NCBI GenBank assembly: GCA_044507735.1
Contig: JBIQJB010000012.1
Coordinates: forward strand, 1-57,464
DNA length: 57,464 bases
Reading direction: 5' to 3'
Origin: Nitrosopumilales archaeon
GTDB lineage: Archaea; Thermoproteota; Nitrososphaeria; Nitrososphaerales; Nitrososphaeraceae
Shown in pieces: positions 19,888 to 30,143 of the stretch. Position 1 is the first letter of the stretch. The number at the start of each line of letters is the position of its first letter. The position numbers and the translations under genes were made by a program. Below the pieces are notes generated by a model. It had not been told where the DNA came from. It saw only the letters and a program-made list of their open reading frames with translations, and ran no database searches.

Positions 19888-20731
19888 GCCAACGATTGTA
19901 ATTTTAGCCTTGTCACAGGTCATCAACAGCTTTTTCAATGAGAAAAATGGCGTACAGCGAGGGACCCTGTGTCATTATCTGTCTGGGGTGGGGGTATATT
20001 TCGATACCTTTCTCATGCATCCTTCCTTGCAGTCGTCGGTAGCTCTTGAAATTGTGTACTAGGTAGATGTTGGCTTGCCGGCCCTCCGCCACCCCTTACG
20101 TTGTCTTTGGTCGGCCAACAATGGATGGCGCACGGCAGCACAGAATGCAGTGTGCAGCAACGGAACTGTGAATGCAACAAACTTTGTATTTGTAACACAG
20201 TGGATCTGCCCTGTATCACACGCCTGACATGCCTTCTCCTAGTCTTTGTGCTCTCGCCCTCCTCTCCTACTTCGGAGGTCGCAATGAGAGTCAGGAGTCT
20301 GTGACGTGTATTTTGGGGCATCCCTTGAGACCCGGTTCTCCAATGGCTAGGCGATGTAGTGTACACAGGCAAGAGTCTCGTGGCTGATTAGGCCAGTACC
20401 CACTCCAAGATTATGTCAACGTCCATCTTCACGATGTCAGAGATTATGCTACTATTACCAACAATTACAGAAGAATCGGAAGGCCCGTTCTTTTATGCAG
20501 TTTCTGATTTGTCTCTTGCGGGTCTCACACACAATTGAAAAATATGTAAAATTCTTTGCAATTATCGTAGGATTGGCGTGCCTAATGGACTTGGATGCTG
20601 AAAGTGGTTCTAAAAGCGCACCAGATCGTTTGTTTCAAACTAGACAGATCACAGGTTCAATGAACTAATTTTAGCATTATTCGGCCTAAGTAAATTTATA
20701 AATTGCATCAGCACCCGCATACATAATCAAA

Positions 20732-21388
20732 ATGAGCGATAGGTTAGACGATGCTGGAGATGACATGGGCATCGAGGGTATTAAATTTGATGACGATAAT
20801 CAGGATAACGAGGCCGAGACTGAACAGCCTGTAGCACATGATGTCGAAGCATCTGGAGATGAAGAAGAGCTCAGTCCCGCCGCTGAATCAGATTCCACCA
20901 CTCCGCCAGCCACCCAGCCACAGCAATCTTCGTCGACCCCAGCGAGTGATTCAAAATTCTTTGCCATCCGCACAACCGGGGGCCAAGAACGAGTTGTCGC
21001 CGGCCAAATTCAAGTTAGGGTGAATGCCAAAAAGATCGGTATCCGCTCCGTTATGGTCCTCGACAGTTTTAAGGGCTACATCATTGTCGAAGCGCCGGAT
21101 TCCAATGTCGCCTACGAAGCATTGGCTGGTATCAGGCATGTCCGTGGGCAGATAAGGGGCGACCTTCCGTTCAAGGACATTGAAGGATACCTAGTCAAGA
21201 AGCCTGTCGTATCAGAGCTCAACATAGAAGATACAGTAGAGGTCATCGCAGGTCCATTCAAGTCCATGAAAGCCAAGATAACCCGCGTAGACTATGAAAA
21301 ACAGGAGGCCACAGTTGTCCTACTCGACTCTCCCTACCAGATACCGGTAACAGTTGACGCAAACTACCTCAAGAAAATTAGCCACTAG
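20732..21388 (+). CDS. spt5: Transcription elongation factor Spt5 with acidic N-terminal extension
   Basis: NGN domain (FAIRTTGGQE, KGYIIVEA) plus KOW (VEVIAGPFK); TTTATAAA box 30 bp upstream. Confidence 0.95.
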   Translation: MSDRLDDAGDDMGIEGIKFDDDNQDNEAETEQPVAHDVEASGDEEELSPAAESDSTTPPATQPQQSSSTPASDSKFFAIRTTGGQERVVAGQIQVRVNAKKIGIRSVMVLDSFKGYIIVEAPDSNVAYEALAGIRHVRGQIRGDLPFKDIEGYLVKKPVVSELNIEDTVEVIAGPFKSMKAKITRVDYEKQEATVVLLDSPYQIPVTVDANYLKKISH

Positions 21389-21472
21389 GCAATCCTTGCA
21401 ACACATCTGAACGATTAAATAAAGAAGAGGAATTAGATTCCAGTGCTGTCTCTAGCCGGTGTGTTATAGTAA

Positions 21473-22141
21473 TTGATAGTTGACCTCAACGTCAAGGGCA
21501 AGCGCGCCATAGTCATAGGCGGCGGGACAGAGGGTGTAAGAAAGATCCGAGGACTACTGGGGCAAGATTGCAAGATAACTGTTATCAGCAACAGGGTAAA
21601 CCGCTTTTTGACAGAGCAGGCAAGGCTCGGCAAGATCGATCTTGTCAAGACACGACTAAAGGACGCCAAGATTCTTGACGATTATGAGGATGTTTTTCTG
21701 GTGCTTGCGGCCACCAATGACAAGGATCTCAACCGAAAGATCGTAGAAAAGGGAAGATCGATGCGCGCGTTTGTCTATGCCGCGGATGACCCCGAGGTGA
21801 GCGACTTTTCATATGCTTCTGTAATCAACATAGAGGGTGTGATGCAGGTTGCGATTTCTACCTCCGGCAAGAGCCCGATAATAGCTCGCAAGGTGCGGAT
21901 CAGAGCCGAGCGGGTGCTGCGCAGGATAATCAAAAAGACAGACATCGAAAATGCAAAGCTCCAGGAATTTGCAAGACAGGCTGCGCGCCCAAAAATCAAG
22001 ACAGTCGGCGAACGAAAGGAATTTCTCTATTCGCTGATGAAAGATGAGCGAATCCAGAACCTTATTAAGGAAGACAGGATGGAAGATGCTAAAAGCGCGA
22101 CGCTTGAGCTGTTGCAAAAATGGGTGAAAAAAACAAGATGA
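21473..22141 (+). CDS. sirC: Precorrin-2 dehydrogenase (SirC/Met8/CysG N-terminal family)
   Basis: VIGGG NAD-binding motif, AATND, ISTSGKSP. Confidence 0.9.
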   Translation: MIVDLNVKGKRAIVIGGGTEGVRKIRGLLGQDCKITVISNRVNRFLTEQARLGKIDLVKTRLKDAKILDDYEDVFLVLAATNDKDLNRKIVEKGRSMRAFVYAADDPEVSDFSYASVINIEGVMQVAISTSGKSPIIARKVRIRAERVLRRIIKKTDIENAKLQEFARQAARPKIKTVGERKEFLYSLMKDERIQNLIKEDRMEDAKSATLELLQKWVKKTR

Positions 22142-23445
22142 CAACGACAACGACAGCGATAAAGACGCCGTCGCATTCGGCAGCGCCTGTCCATATTGTT
22201 AATGCCCGCGTTACCTATCGCAATGCTCCCATTCACCTGCTTGAAAGATTTACATTCAAGGACATAGATGGCGCCCACAAGGCTTTTCTGACAAAGGCGG
22301 GATTGGAGGAATGTGTGATCTTACAGACATGCAATAGGGTGGAAGTGTTTGCGGCCGCAACCAAAGAACCAGACGAAGCAAAGCTACTGGAAGAATGGGC
22401 TGCCTCAGTAGGATTGCAGGAGAAGGACTTTGCAAATGTGGAACTGAGTAGAGGCCGTGATGCCATTATGCATCTGATGAAACTTGCGTCAGGACTCGAC
22501 TCGCTTGTCGTAGGTGAAGATCAGATTTTGGGTCAAGTAAGGAGGGCATTTGAATTCTCCCGTAGCGCCAAGTATGCAAGTGCAAACCTCTCATTGGTAT
22601 TTGATAGAGCACTCAAGGCAGGGAGCAAAGTCCGGACTGTGACCGGGATCAACAAGGGTAATGTTTCAATCGCGTCGGTGGCTGTGAACATCGCTGAGGA
22701 CTATTTTGACGACCTGAAGGACAAGACTATAATGCTAATAGGAACGGGCGAAGCGGCAAGTCTGGTGGCAAAGTTGCTCAAGAAACGCAACGTAGGCTTT
22801 ATGGTCACCAGCAGAGCGCCAGAAAGGGCAAAGGCCTTTGCTGAGACGGTGGCAGGCACTCCGATCCCGTTTGATACCGCGCTTGATATGCTGCAGGAAG
22901 TGGATCTCATATTTACTGCAACAGTAGCCCCATACCGACTCCTTACCTTTGAAAGGATACAGAAGGCTAGGAAGGAGAGGAAGAAGGGTATGATGATCTT
23001 TGACCTCTCAAACCCGAGGACCGTTGACGAAAAGGTTGCAACGATCCGTGGAGTAAAACTCGTAAACATGGACCAGATAGCCGAGCTTGTGGGAAGGAAC
23101 ATGCGGTCCCGAATGAAGGAGATCAATTCTGCAGAGAAGCTCATCAATGAAGAAATGAAATCAGTCGACGCAATGATGAAGAGAATCAGGGCAGAGCCGG
23201 TGGTTGTATCAGTATTCAAGAACGTCGACACAATAAGGGAGCGTGAGCTCAAGAAGGCGCTTTCAATCCTCGGCAACAAGATCGGTCCAGAGGAAGCCAA
23301 GGTCGTTGAGCAGCTTTCTTATGCCATCATGGAGGGCGTTCTTTCCACACCCATGAACAACCTGAGAAAAGAGATAGAGGAAGGGCAGAGTGAAGAACTA
23401 GTGAATATAGTGGCCAAGTTGTTCAAATATGGCGAAAGGCAGTAG
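22138..23445 (+). CDS. hemA: Glutamyl-tRNA reductase
   Basis: TCNRVE, GLDSLVVGEDQILGQ, DLSNPR; ATGA overlap with the sirC stop. Confidence 0.96.
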   Translation: MTTTTTAIKTPSHSAAPVHIVNARVTYRNAPIHLLERFTFKDIDGAHKAFLTKAGLEECVILQTCNRVEVFAAATKEPDEAKLLEEWAASVGLQEKDFANVELSRGRDAIMHLMKLASGLDSLVVGEDQILGQVRRAFEFSRSAKYASANLSLVFDRALKAGSKVRTVTGINKGNVSIASVAVNIAEDYFDDLKDKTIMLIGTGEAASLVAKLLKKRNVGFMVTSRAPERAKAFAETVAGTPIPFDTALDMLQEVDLIFTATVAPYRLLTFERIQKARKERKKGMMIFDLSNPRTVDEKVATIRGVKLVNMDQIAELVGRNMRSRMKEINSAEKLINEEMKSVDAMMKRIRAEPVVVSVFKNVDTIRERELKKALSILGNKIGPEEAKVVEQLSYAIMEGVLSTPMNNLRKEIEEGQSEELVNIVAKLFKYGERQ

Positions 23446-24442
23446 CAGCAGTAGCAATAATGCTTTTCCAAATGTCAGGCTCCGTCGCCTGAGGACTACG
23501 CCTGCGATTCGAGAGTTGCTGCAGGAAACTCGGCTCTCTCCAAAGGACCTCATCGCGCCGGTGTTTGTTCAGGAAGGACTGAAGAGCCCGGTGGAGATCG
23601 AGTCTATGCCTGATATACAAAGACTTCCACTTTCAAAGCTTGTTACCGAGGTCGAAAATATTGCCGACCTTGGGATTAGTGCTGTGATACTTTTTGGTTT
23701 GCCTTCGCACAAGGACGCAGAAGCGACATCCGCCTTTGACAGCAAGGGCATAGTGCAGAAATCGGTCGAACTTCTGCGCAAGCAGTTTGGCAATAAGATT
23801 GCAATAATAACAGATGTCTGCTTGTGCCAGTATACAACACATGGACATTGCGGGCTAGTGGTTGGTAAGAAAATAGACAACGATAGGAGCATTGACACAC
23901 TATCAAGGGTTGCAGTCAGCCACGCGGAGGCAGGAGCAGACATTGTTGCACCTTCCGCCATGATGGATGGCCAGGTGCAAGCAATACGTAGAGGACTCGA
24001 TTCGGCAGGATTTCCAGAGGTAGCCATTATGGGATACTCGGCAAAACAAGCATCGCCTCTGTATGCGCCTTTCCGCGATGCGGCACATTCGACTCCTGAG
24101 TTTGGCGACAGACGCACCTACCAGATGCCATTTTCAAACGCAAGGGAGGCAATGAGAGAAATAGAGACAGACATTGTTGAAGGAGTAGACATTGTAATGA
24201 TAAAACCCGCCATTCCTTATCTTGACCTTATTTACAGGGCAAGGAAGGCGACCAACCTCCCCATAAGCGCATACAGCGTCTCTGGAGAGTATGCGCTGAT
24301 AAAGGCTGCTGCAATGAATGGCTGGGTGGACGAGGATGCGGTGATGACCGAGTTCCTCACTTCGATCAAGCGGGCTGGCGCAAACATGATAATCACCTAT
24401 CAAGCAAAAAAGATGGCAGATCTGCTGGCCAAGAAAAAATAG
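23429..24442 (+). CDS. hemB: Porphobilinogen synthase (Zn-dependent)
   Basis: DVCLCQYTTHGHCG Zn site, APSAMMDG, GDRRTYQ, MIKP, VSGEY. Confidence 0.97.
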   Translation: MAKGSSSSSNNAFPNVRLRRLRTTPAIRELLQETRLSPKDLIAPVFVQEGLKSPVEIESMPDIQRLPLSKLVTEVENIADLGISAVILFGLPSHKDAEATSAFDSKGIVQKSVELLRKQFGNKIAIITDVCLCQYTTHGHCGLVVGKKIDNDRSIDTLSRVAVSHAEAGADIVAPSAMMDGQVQAIRRGLDSAGFPEVAIMGYSAKQASPLYAPFRDAAHSTPEFGDRRTYQMPFSNAREAMREIETDIVEGVDIVMIKPAIPYLDLIYRARKATNLPISAYSVSGEYALIKAAAMNGWVDEDAVMTEFLTSIKRAGANMIITYQAKKMADLLAKKK

Positions 24443-25337
24443 TGCAATTCGTGTTCCTTCCTGCTCTGTTAGCATAGATTGTATAGCCCGAACATCTTTG
24501 CTTATCCTTCTAGCAAGATCAGAATCAGGCCGAATCCTTCTAAAATCGCACAGGAAAACTACACTTGCACTTCAATCATAGAATTTCAGTTCGCCTGCCG
24601 CAAGTCCTTGATACCTTTGTTAGAAAGAGATCGCTTCGCAGTAGTGTGGAAATGTGGGCAGGGATTTACTGATCACATAGCTGATATGTTTCTGGCACAG
24701 ACAGAGAACTCTGTGTGCAGGAGATACTATCCTTTGACGATGCATTGCCTCAGTGAGTCAGCTCTGACTACTCCTAACTCTGGTTTGCTAGTGAGGACCA
24801 GAGGTGGGTATGTACGTCTCTAGAGGCGCACCTGTCGTTTGTGAGAGAATATCAATTCTTATCCGCACTTGTTCAACCGTTTCCCGAGGATATGTGAAAT
24901 GAACTCTACATTCGCAAGCGTTGCCATGTCTGATACAACAACGCATACACAGTTGCCTCATGATACCGAACCGAGCATATTGTGCAGACTTGCAGAATTC
25001 GATGGAGTGGCCTATCTGGATGAACTTGGAACTGTGTAAGATGATGGCAGGCCCCGCATGTTCTGGCTGAGGCCCTCTCGAATCAGACACACAGGACTCA
25101 CGTATGTGATGAATGTGACATTCACAAGCTAGGAGCTAACATTCGGAAATCCGAAGCCGATATTATTCAGATTGTGACAGGAGCGTACTGGATGTGAGTG
25201 TCGCAGACTCGTGTATGTCGCAACTACACAAGACCTGCTCGGCATCCTCAAGCTGGATTCAACTGATTCGTCTGCTGCGGCTCGCAGAAGGCGGGAAAGT
25301 CGCGACCGATGAACAATAACGATCAAGCAGTTGATTA

Positions 25338-26048
25338 TTACTGCCGGTAAAGCGAGTCTCCCTTCTTCATCCTGTCAAGCTCGCTATCGACTGCGTCTGC
25401 AATCTCATCCAGCTCTTCAAGCCCTCTGAACCTTTGGTATGTCAGCTTCTCAAGCGACACGAGCAGGCTCTTTGCAGATCGGTACTGCGGTACCTGTGGA
25501 TCGTCAATCTCTGCATACAGTCCGATTCCTTGCATGTTATTCTTTTTTGCATAGCCGAGCACCAGCCCATTAAAGCCCGTTATCAGCGAAGATCCCGGTG
25601 TCGGTTCCATCCCAAGTTTCTCGATTTGTGTCGCTAGGTCCTTTGATGTGGTTGTGAAAAGCGCTTTTGGATTCTTGCCATATTCTCTGTTTGTGTGGAA
25701 TGCCCCAAGCGTATAGATCAGCTGAACTGAGTACGACTTGGCTACATCAATCACATCTTGACATAATTCATACAGTTCTTTGTTTGTCTCGGGTTGACCG
25801 ATTCCTCCTCCAAAAACAATAATTCCGTTGCCAAAGCGGTATTCCCACCTTTCTTGCCTGTAGTCAATGTACCCGCCCTTGTCTTCCACGTAATTTGGAT
25901 AAGGTGCGGAGACGTATCGAAACACCTTCGTTTCGAGGCTCCTGTTGATAAAGTCAATCGCAATGCTTCCGACGTTTCCCATATCCTGCATCGCAGCGAT
26001 CATTATCGGTTTGCTGACATCAGGCTCCTCTACCTCAACAAATTCCAT
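25338..26048 (-). CDS. PAC2-family proteasome assembly chaperone
   Basis: DMGNVG, QP, IYTLGA and ITGFNGLVLG motifs of PAC2/PbaB. Confidence 0.85.
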   Translation of the reverse strand: MEFVEVEEPDVSKPIMIAAMQDMGNVGSIAIDFINRSLETKVFRYVSAPYPNYVEDKGGYIDYRQERWEYRFGNGIIVFGGGIGQPETNKELYELCQDVIDVAKSYSVQLIYTLGAFHTNREYGKNPKALFTTTSKDLATQIEKLGMEPTPGSSLITGFNGLVLGYAKKNNMQGIGLYAEIDDPQVPQYRSAKSLLVSLEKLTYQRFRGLEELDEIADAVDSELDRMKKGDSLYRQ

Positions 26049-26137
26049 ACTGCACCTTCACCTTGAGGGACACCGCTAAAAAAGGTTGGCACATATATGC
26101 AACGATTAAAAACCGGCGGGCATGCTCTCATGATGCT

Positions 26138-26350
26138 TTGCCTGAGGAGGAAGACGTCTCGGTATCGAACGATCATCAGGTAGCCATCGAAGGATGGAAG
26201 GCCAGAAAGGATCAACTGTACAAGCAGCAAAAGTCGGTAATGGAGATCAACGACGCGGCTGAAAAATTGAACCTCTTGTCGCTTTCAAAGAAAAAGGGTG
26301 CAAGCTTGAATGGACCGCCAACGGATCAAACAAGTAATATCGAGCCTTGA
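26138..26350 (+). CDS. Small hypothetical protein
   Basis: TTG start ~28 bp after ATTAAAAA; charged helical 70-aa ORF overlapping the methyltransferase start. Confidence 0.45.
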   Translation: MPEEEDVSVSNDHQVAIEGWKARKDQLYKQQKSVMEINDAAEKLNLLSLSKKKGASLNGPPTDQTSNIEP

Positions 26351-26918
26351 CAGGCGGTCTGAAAGGGAAAGAAGCGGAAAGGTCCGAGTGCCCCGGGGCC
26401 AAGAAATGCTTGCAATAACAGCTGACACTGGCGCATTCTTCTCTGTGCTCATGAAGGCGATCAAGGCAAAACGAGCCTTGGAAATAGGAACATCTGTTGG
26501 GTTTTCAACACTTTGGCTCGCGGAATCAGTAGACAAAAAAGGCAAGGTGGTGACCATAGAGATGGATCCCCTAAAGATAAAGAGGGCCAAGGCGAATTTC
26601 AAGAGGGCCGGTGTCGAAGAAATTATAGAAATAAGGCAGGGGGCTGCTCTTGACGTCTTGCGCGACCTAAAGGGTATGGGTGGCAAATTTGATTTTGTGC
26701 TAATTGACGCTGACAAAGAGAATATTGTCGAGTATTTCGATCTTGTTCTGTCAATGGTACGAGTGGGCGGAATAATAGCCGCCGACAATATGCTGTTCCC
26801 ACCGCGTTACAGGCCGGCGATGAAGAAATATGCACGGCATGTGCGGAGCAACCCTAGGGTCCAATCGGTCACGGTGCCAATAGGGATGGGAGAGGAAATA
26901 ACGATCAAGCTGCGTTAG
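26310..26918 (+). CDS. SAM-dependent O-methyltransferase (caffeoyl-CoA OMT-like family)
   Basis: LEIGTSVGFS, FDFVLIDADK, GGIIAADN. Confidence 0.92.
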   Translation: MDRQRIKQVISSLDRRSERERSGKVRVPRGQEMLAITADTGAFFSVLMKAIKAKRALEIGTSVGFSTLWLAESVDKKGKVVTIEMDPLKIKRAKANFKRAGVEEIIEIRQGAALDVLRDLKGMGGKFDFVLIDADKENIVEYFDLVLSMVRVGGIIAADNMLFPPRYRPAMKKYARHVRSNPRVQSVTVPIGMGEEITIKLR

Positions 26919-29343
26919 TGGGAGCTTGCCTCGACGGTTTCCATCGCCTCATTGCAAGGGAGCTTGCAGTCACCGATACCGAACTTGCTGCCATCGCAAG
27001 ACCTGCAAGTGCAGGATACAAAAGGCCCATAGCTGCCACCGGGATGAGCACGACGTTGTATGCAAAAGCGTAGATCAAATTCTGCCTTATCTTTGAGACA
27101 GTCTTCCTTGCTATCTCGATAGCCGCAACCACGTCTCTGATGTCGCTCCTTACTAACACAATATTGCCTGCTTCAACTGCAAGGTCGGTGCCAGAACCTA
27201 CTGCAATGCCGACATCGGCCACAGTCAGTGCGGGGGCATCATTTATGCCATCGCCAACCATGACAACTTTTTTCCCTTCGCTCTGGATCTGCCTTACGAC
27301 GTCAACCTTGCCCGACGGGAGGACTTCCGCAAACACTCTCTCTATCCCGACCGCTTTGGCCACCGCTTCTGCAGTCGTCTTGTTGTCGCCTGTAAGCATC
27401 ATAGGCTCTATGCCCAAGCTCTTGAGAGCAGCCACCGCTTCCCTCGCTTCTTTCTTCGGCGAGTCGATCAATCCTATCGCCCCAACAATCCTGCCGTCAA
27501 TAGAAACTATGACTGCAGTCTTGCCCTCGCTCTGCAACTTTTCCACTGCTTGCTCTGTTCGTGCCGAAACAAAATCCGGGCTTCCAACCTTTACTGTCAT
27601 TCCTCTGTACACCGCAGCAACCCCCTTGCCTGGCACTGCTTGAAAGTCGTCAACATCCTTTGGTTGAATTCCTTTTGATCTTGCATACTCTACTATCGCC
27701 TTTGCAAGAGGGTGTTCTGACCATTGCTCAGCCGTGGCAGCAAATTCTAGCACTTGGCTCTCCAACTGGGCAGAATTATTGGCGGCTGACTGCAGCAACT
27801 GCGGCTGCAATACTACTACATCGGTGACACTTGGCTTGCCCTTTGTAAGTGTGCCAGTCTTATCAAATATTGCAACAGTTGCCTTGCTCAATGCTTCGAT
27901 GGCATCTCCACCCTTGAATATTACTCCGTTTGAGGCACCCTTGCCCATTCCTACAATGACCGCAGTCGGAGTGGCAAGCCCGAGGGCGCATGGACAAGCC
28001 ACTACCAATATCGCAACCGCAGGGATTATTGCAGATGCCAGATCGCCCGGGACAAGCAAATACCATGCTCCAAACGTTGTAAGCGCTACGATCATAACCA
28101 CATATGCAAAATACCCTGCGACTTTATCGACCAGCTTTTGCATTGGTGGCTTTTTGCCCATCGCCTCTTCTACTAGCCTTACGATCTGCGAAAGAAACGA
28201 GTCGGAGCCTACCCTTGTTGCCTTGACAAGTAGCATGCCCTCTCTGTTTACAGTGCCAGCAACGATGCCGTCGCCTAGTTTCTTGTGGATGGGAATGGAC
28301 TCTCCTGTTACCATCGATTCATCTACTGCAGACTCGCCTTGAACCACAGTCGAGTCGACTGGCACACGTTCTCCGGGGCGGACTACTACAGTATCTCCAA
28401 CCTGGATGAGATCAATGGGAGTCTCAACCTCGCTCCCATCTGCCTTCTTTACCCACGCTGTCTTGGGCTGTAGCTCCAGCATCTTGCGTATTATAGAACT
28501 TGTCTTGCCCTTCGTCTTGATTTCCAAATACTTGCCTAGTATGATAAACGTGATTACGAGTGCCGATGCATCATAGTATATCCCATGCCAGTTTGCAGCG
28601 GGGAAGGTGTTGAACGCACTGTATACAAACGCGGTGGTGGTGCCGAGGACTATTAGTGTATCCATGTTTGCAGACCGCAACTTGGCAATTCTGAACGCGC
28701 CTGTGTAAAACCTACTGCCAGTGGCAAATTGTACAATAGCGGCGGCCGCAAATGCAGTATATGCTGCAACATTGCTACCTGCTAGCGGGACAAAACTGAA
28801 AACCTCCGGGTAACTAAGAAGCACTACAGGCACCGTAAACACAACGCCTAGTAAGAACAGCCTGCTCAATTTTTTGGCCTCGAGTTCCTGAGCGCTTGTC
28901 TGCGCAGTCTCGCTCTGAACCTTGTATCCACTACTCACTATCTTCTTCCTAATGTCTGCCAGAGAAATAAGAGCCGGATTGTATTGCACGCCTACCTGTG
29001 AGCTAGCATAGTTGACAGTGACTGATCTTACTCCTTCCATCTGACCTAGGTTTTCCTCAAGCCTCCTTGCATCCGTCAAGTCGGTGATGCCCGCCACTCC
29101 GAGGATTACCTTTTCGTATACGACGCGGTAGCCTATCTCCTCTATGGCTCGTTCAATCGCGTCCATCTTCACTCTGGCAGGATCATATTCAAGCACTGCC
29201 CTTTCGTTTGCGAGGTTGACCTCGACCCTGCTTATGCCGTCAATAGTTGAAACTCTGCGCTGGATTGAATTGACGCATCCTGCGCAATGCATGCCGCCTA
29301 TCTTTACTAGAGTCCTCTTTGTCACTGCAAAACCTTTGGACAA
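26905..29343 (-). CDS. copA: Cu(+)-type P1B-1 ATPase
   Basis: GMHCAGC HMA, TGES, CPC, DKTGT, EHP, GDGIND, YN and MAASS motifs. Confidence 0.95.
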   Translation of the reverse strand: MSKGFAVTKRTLVKIGGMHCAGCVNSIQRRVSTIDGISRVEVNLANERAVLEYDPARVKMDAIERAIEEIGYRVVYEKVILGVAGITDLTDARRLEENLGQMEGVRSVTVNYASSQVGVQYNPALISLADIRKKIVSSGYKVQSETAQTSAQELEAKKLSRLFLLGVVFTVPVVLLSYPEVFSFVPLAGSNVAAYTAFAAAAIVQFATGSRFYTGAFRIAKLRSANMDTLIVLGTTTAFVYSAFNTFPAANWHGIYYDASALVITFIILGKYLEIKTKGKTSSIIRKMLELQPKTAWVKKADGSEVETPIDLIQVGDTVVVRPGERVPVDSTVVQGESAVDESMVTGESIPIHKKLGDGIVAGTVNREGMLLVKATRVGSDSFLSQIVRLVEEAMGKKPPMQKLVDKVAGYFAYVVMIVALTTFGAWYLLVPGDLASAIIPAVAILVVACPCALGLATPTAVIVGMGKGASNGVIFKGGDAIEALSKATVAIFDKTGTLTKGKPSVTDVVVLQPQLLQSAANNSAQLESQVLEFAATAEQWSEHPLAKAIVEYARSKGIQPKDVDDFQAVPGKGVAAVYRGMTVKVGSPDFVSARTEQAVEKLQSEGKTAVIVSIDGRIVGAIGLIDSPKKEAREAVAALKSLGIEPMMLTGDNKTTAEAVAKAVGIERVFAEVLPSGKVDVVRQIQSEGKKVVMVGDGINDAPALTVADVGIAVGSGTDLAVEAGNIVLVRSDIRDVVAAIEIARKTVSKIRQNLIYAFAYNVVLIPVAAMGLLYPALAGLAMAASSVSVTASSLAMRRWKPSRQAPTNAA

Positions 29344-29363
29344 TCGGTTATATAATCACGAAC

Positions 29364-29379
29364 CTTTACAATTGTAAAG
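29364..29379. promoter_or_regulatory. Perfect 16-bp palindrome over the copA promoter (candidate operator)
   Basis: CTTTACAATTGTAAAG is its own reverse complement; 21-36 bp upstream of the copA TTG. Confidence 0.6.
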
Positions 29380-29526
29380 TCACGGAGCTTCTGTCACGGT
29401 ACTGTTTCCCTTCTTTTCCTTTGCCCTGCTGCGCTCAAGCCATGCCGCAAATCCTATCAAACCTATGATATAGATGAGGACAGATCCGGCGTTGACCAGT
29501 ATGTCTGTCAGCGGTGATTCAAACAA
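29380..29526 (-). CDS. Small single-TM membrane protein (~48 aa)
   Basis: MFESPLTDILVNAGSVLIYIIGLIGFAAWLERSRAKEKK: TM helix followed by basic residues; TTATGCATAA ~25-30 bp upstream. Confidence 0.55.
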   Translation of the reverse strand: MFESPLTDILVNAGSVLIYIIGLIGFAAWLERSRAKEKKGNSTVTEAP

Positions 29527-29885
29527 GACATCGATCTTCAGATCTCCGTTATGCATAAGGCTAGTGTAACTAGAATCTAGTTCTTCATTACATCTTTTTT
29601 CATGATGCAACCTTGGAATTGTCGCGTTTCTTCCCTGGTGCCCCGTTCACGCGCTGTGTTCTGTCAGGACATGACGACCCCGCTGTCTCAATGTAGTTCT
29701 CTGTATGTCATGCCTGAATTTGGGGTTGTATCTTTTCCCGGACACATCTTCTAGCAAGCTGGCCTCGTAACTTTTTCATGATGGCATATGTAGTGCATGG
29801 AATTGCCTCCCTTACGATCAGGTTGCGCAACAAAAGAACTTGAAACTTATTATTACTGATACCCTGCTCTTGATGACCGAGAAAG

Positions 29886-30143
29886 ATGGCAAACAAGCTC
29901 TCTATGAGCGACATGCTTATCCTCGTTCAGCATGCTATAGACAAATACGATTCAGAAGATGTGCTAAAGGAAAAGTTGAAGGACATACTGTCGGCCAAGG
30001 ACGTCGAGCGCGCTATAGACACGCTCATCGGTACACAGAAGGTGCGAAGGATAGGCGCAGATATCCTTCAGAACAACATTAGCCACACTGGAGAGCTTCC
30101 ACAGGTACCGGAACACCTCTCGTCCATAATCCAAAGCCTCTGA
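29886..30143 (+). CDS. Hypothetical protein, possibly wHTH-like (85 aa)
   Basis: Helical ORF (VERAIDTLIGTQKVRRIG); AT-rich TTATTATT upstream. Confidence 0.7.
   Translation: MANKLSMSDMLILVQHAIDKYDSEDVLKEKLKDILSAKDVERAIDTLIGTQKVRRIGADILQNNISHTGELPQVPEHLSSIIQSL

Noticed and set aside
24700-24790. Short similarities to 51135-51310 (CTGTGTGCAGG; TCAGCTCT..ACTCCT)
   Set aside because: Blocks are short with inconsistent spacing; chance cannot be excluded without an alignment
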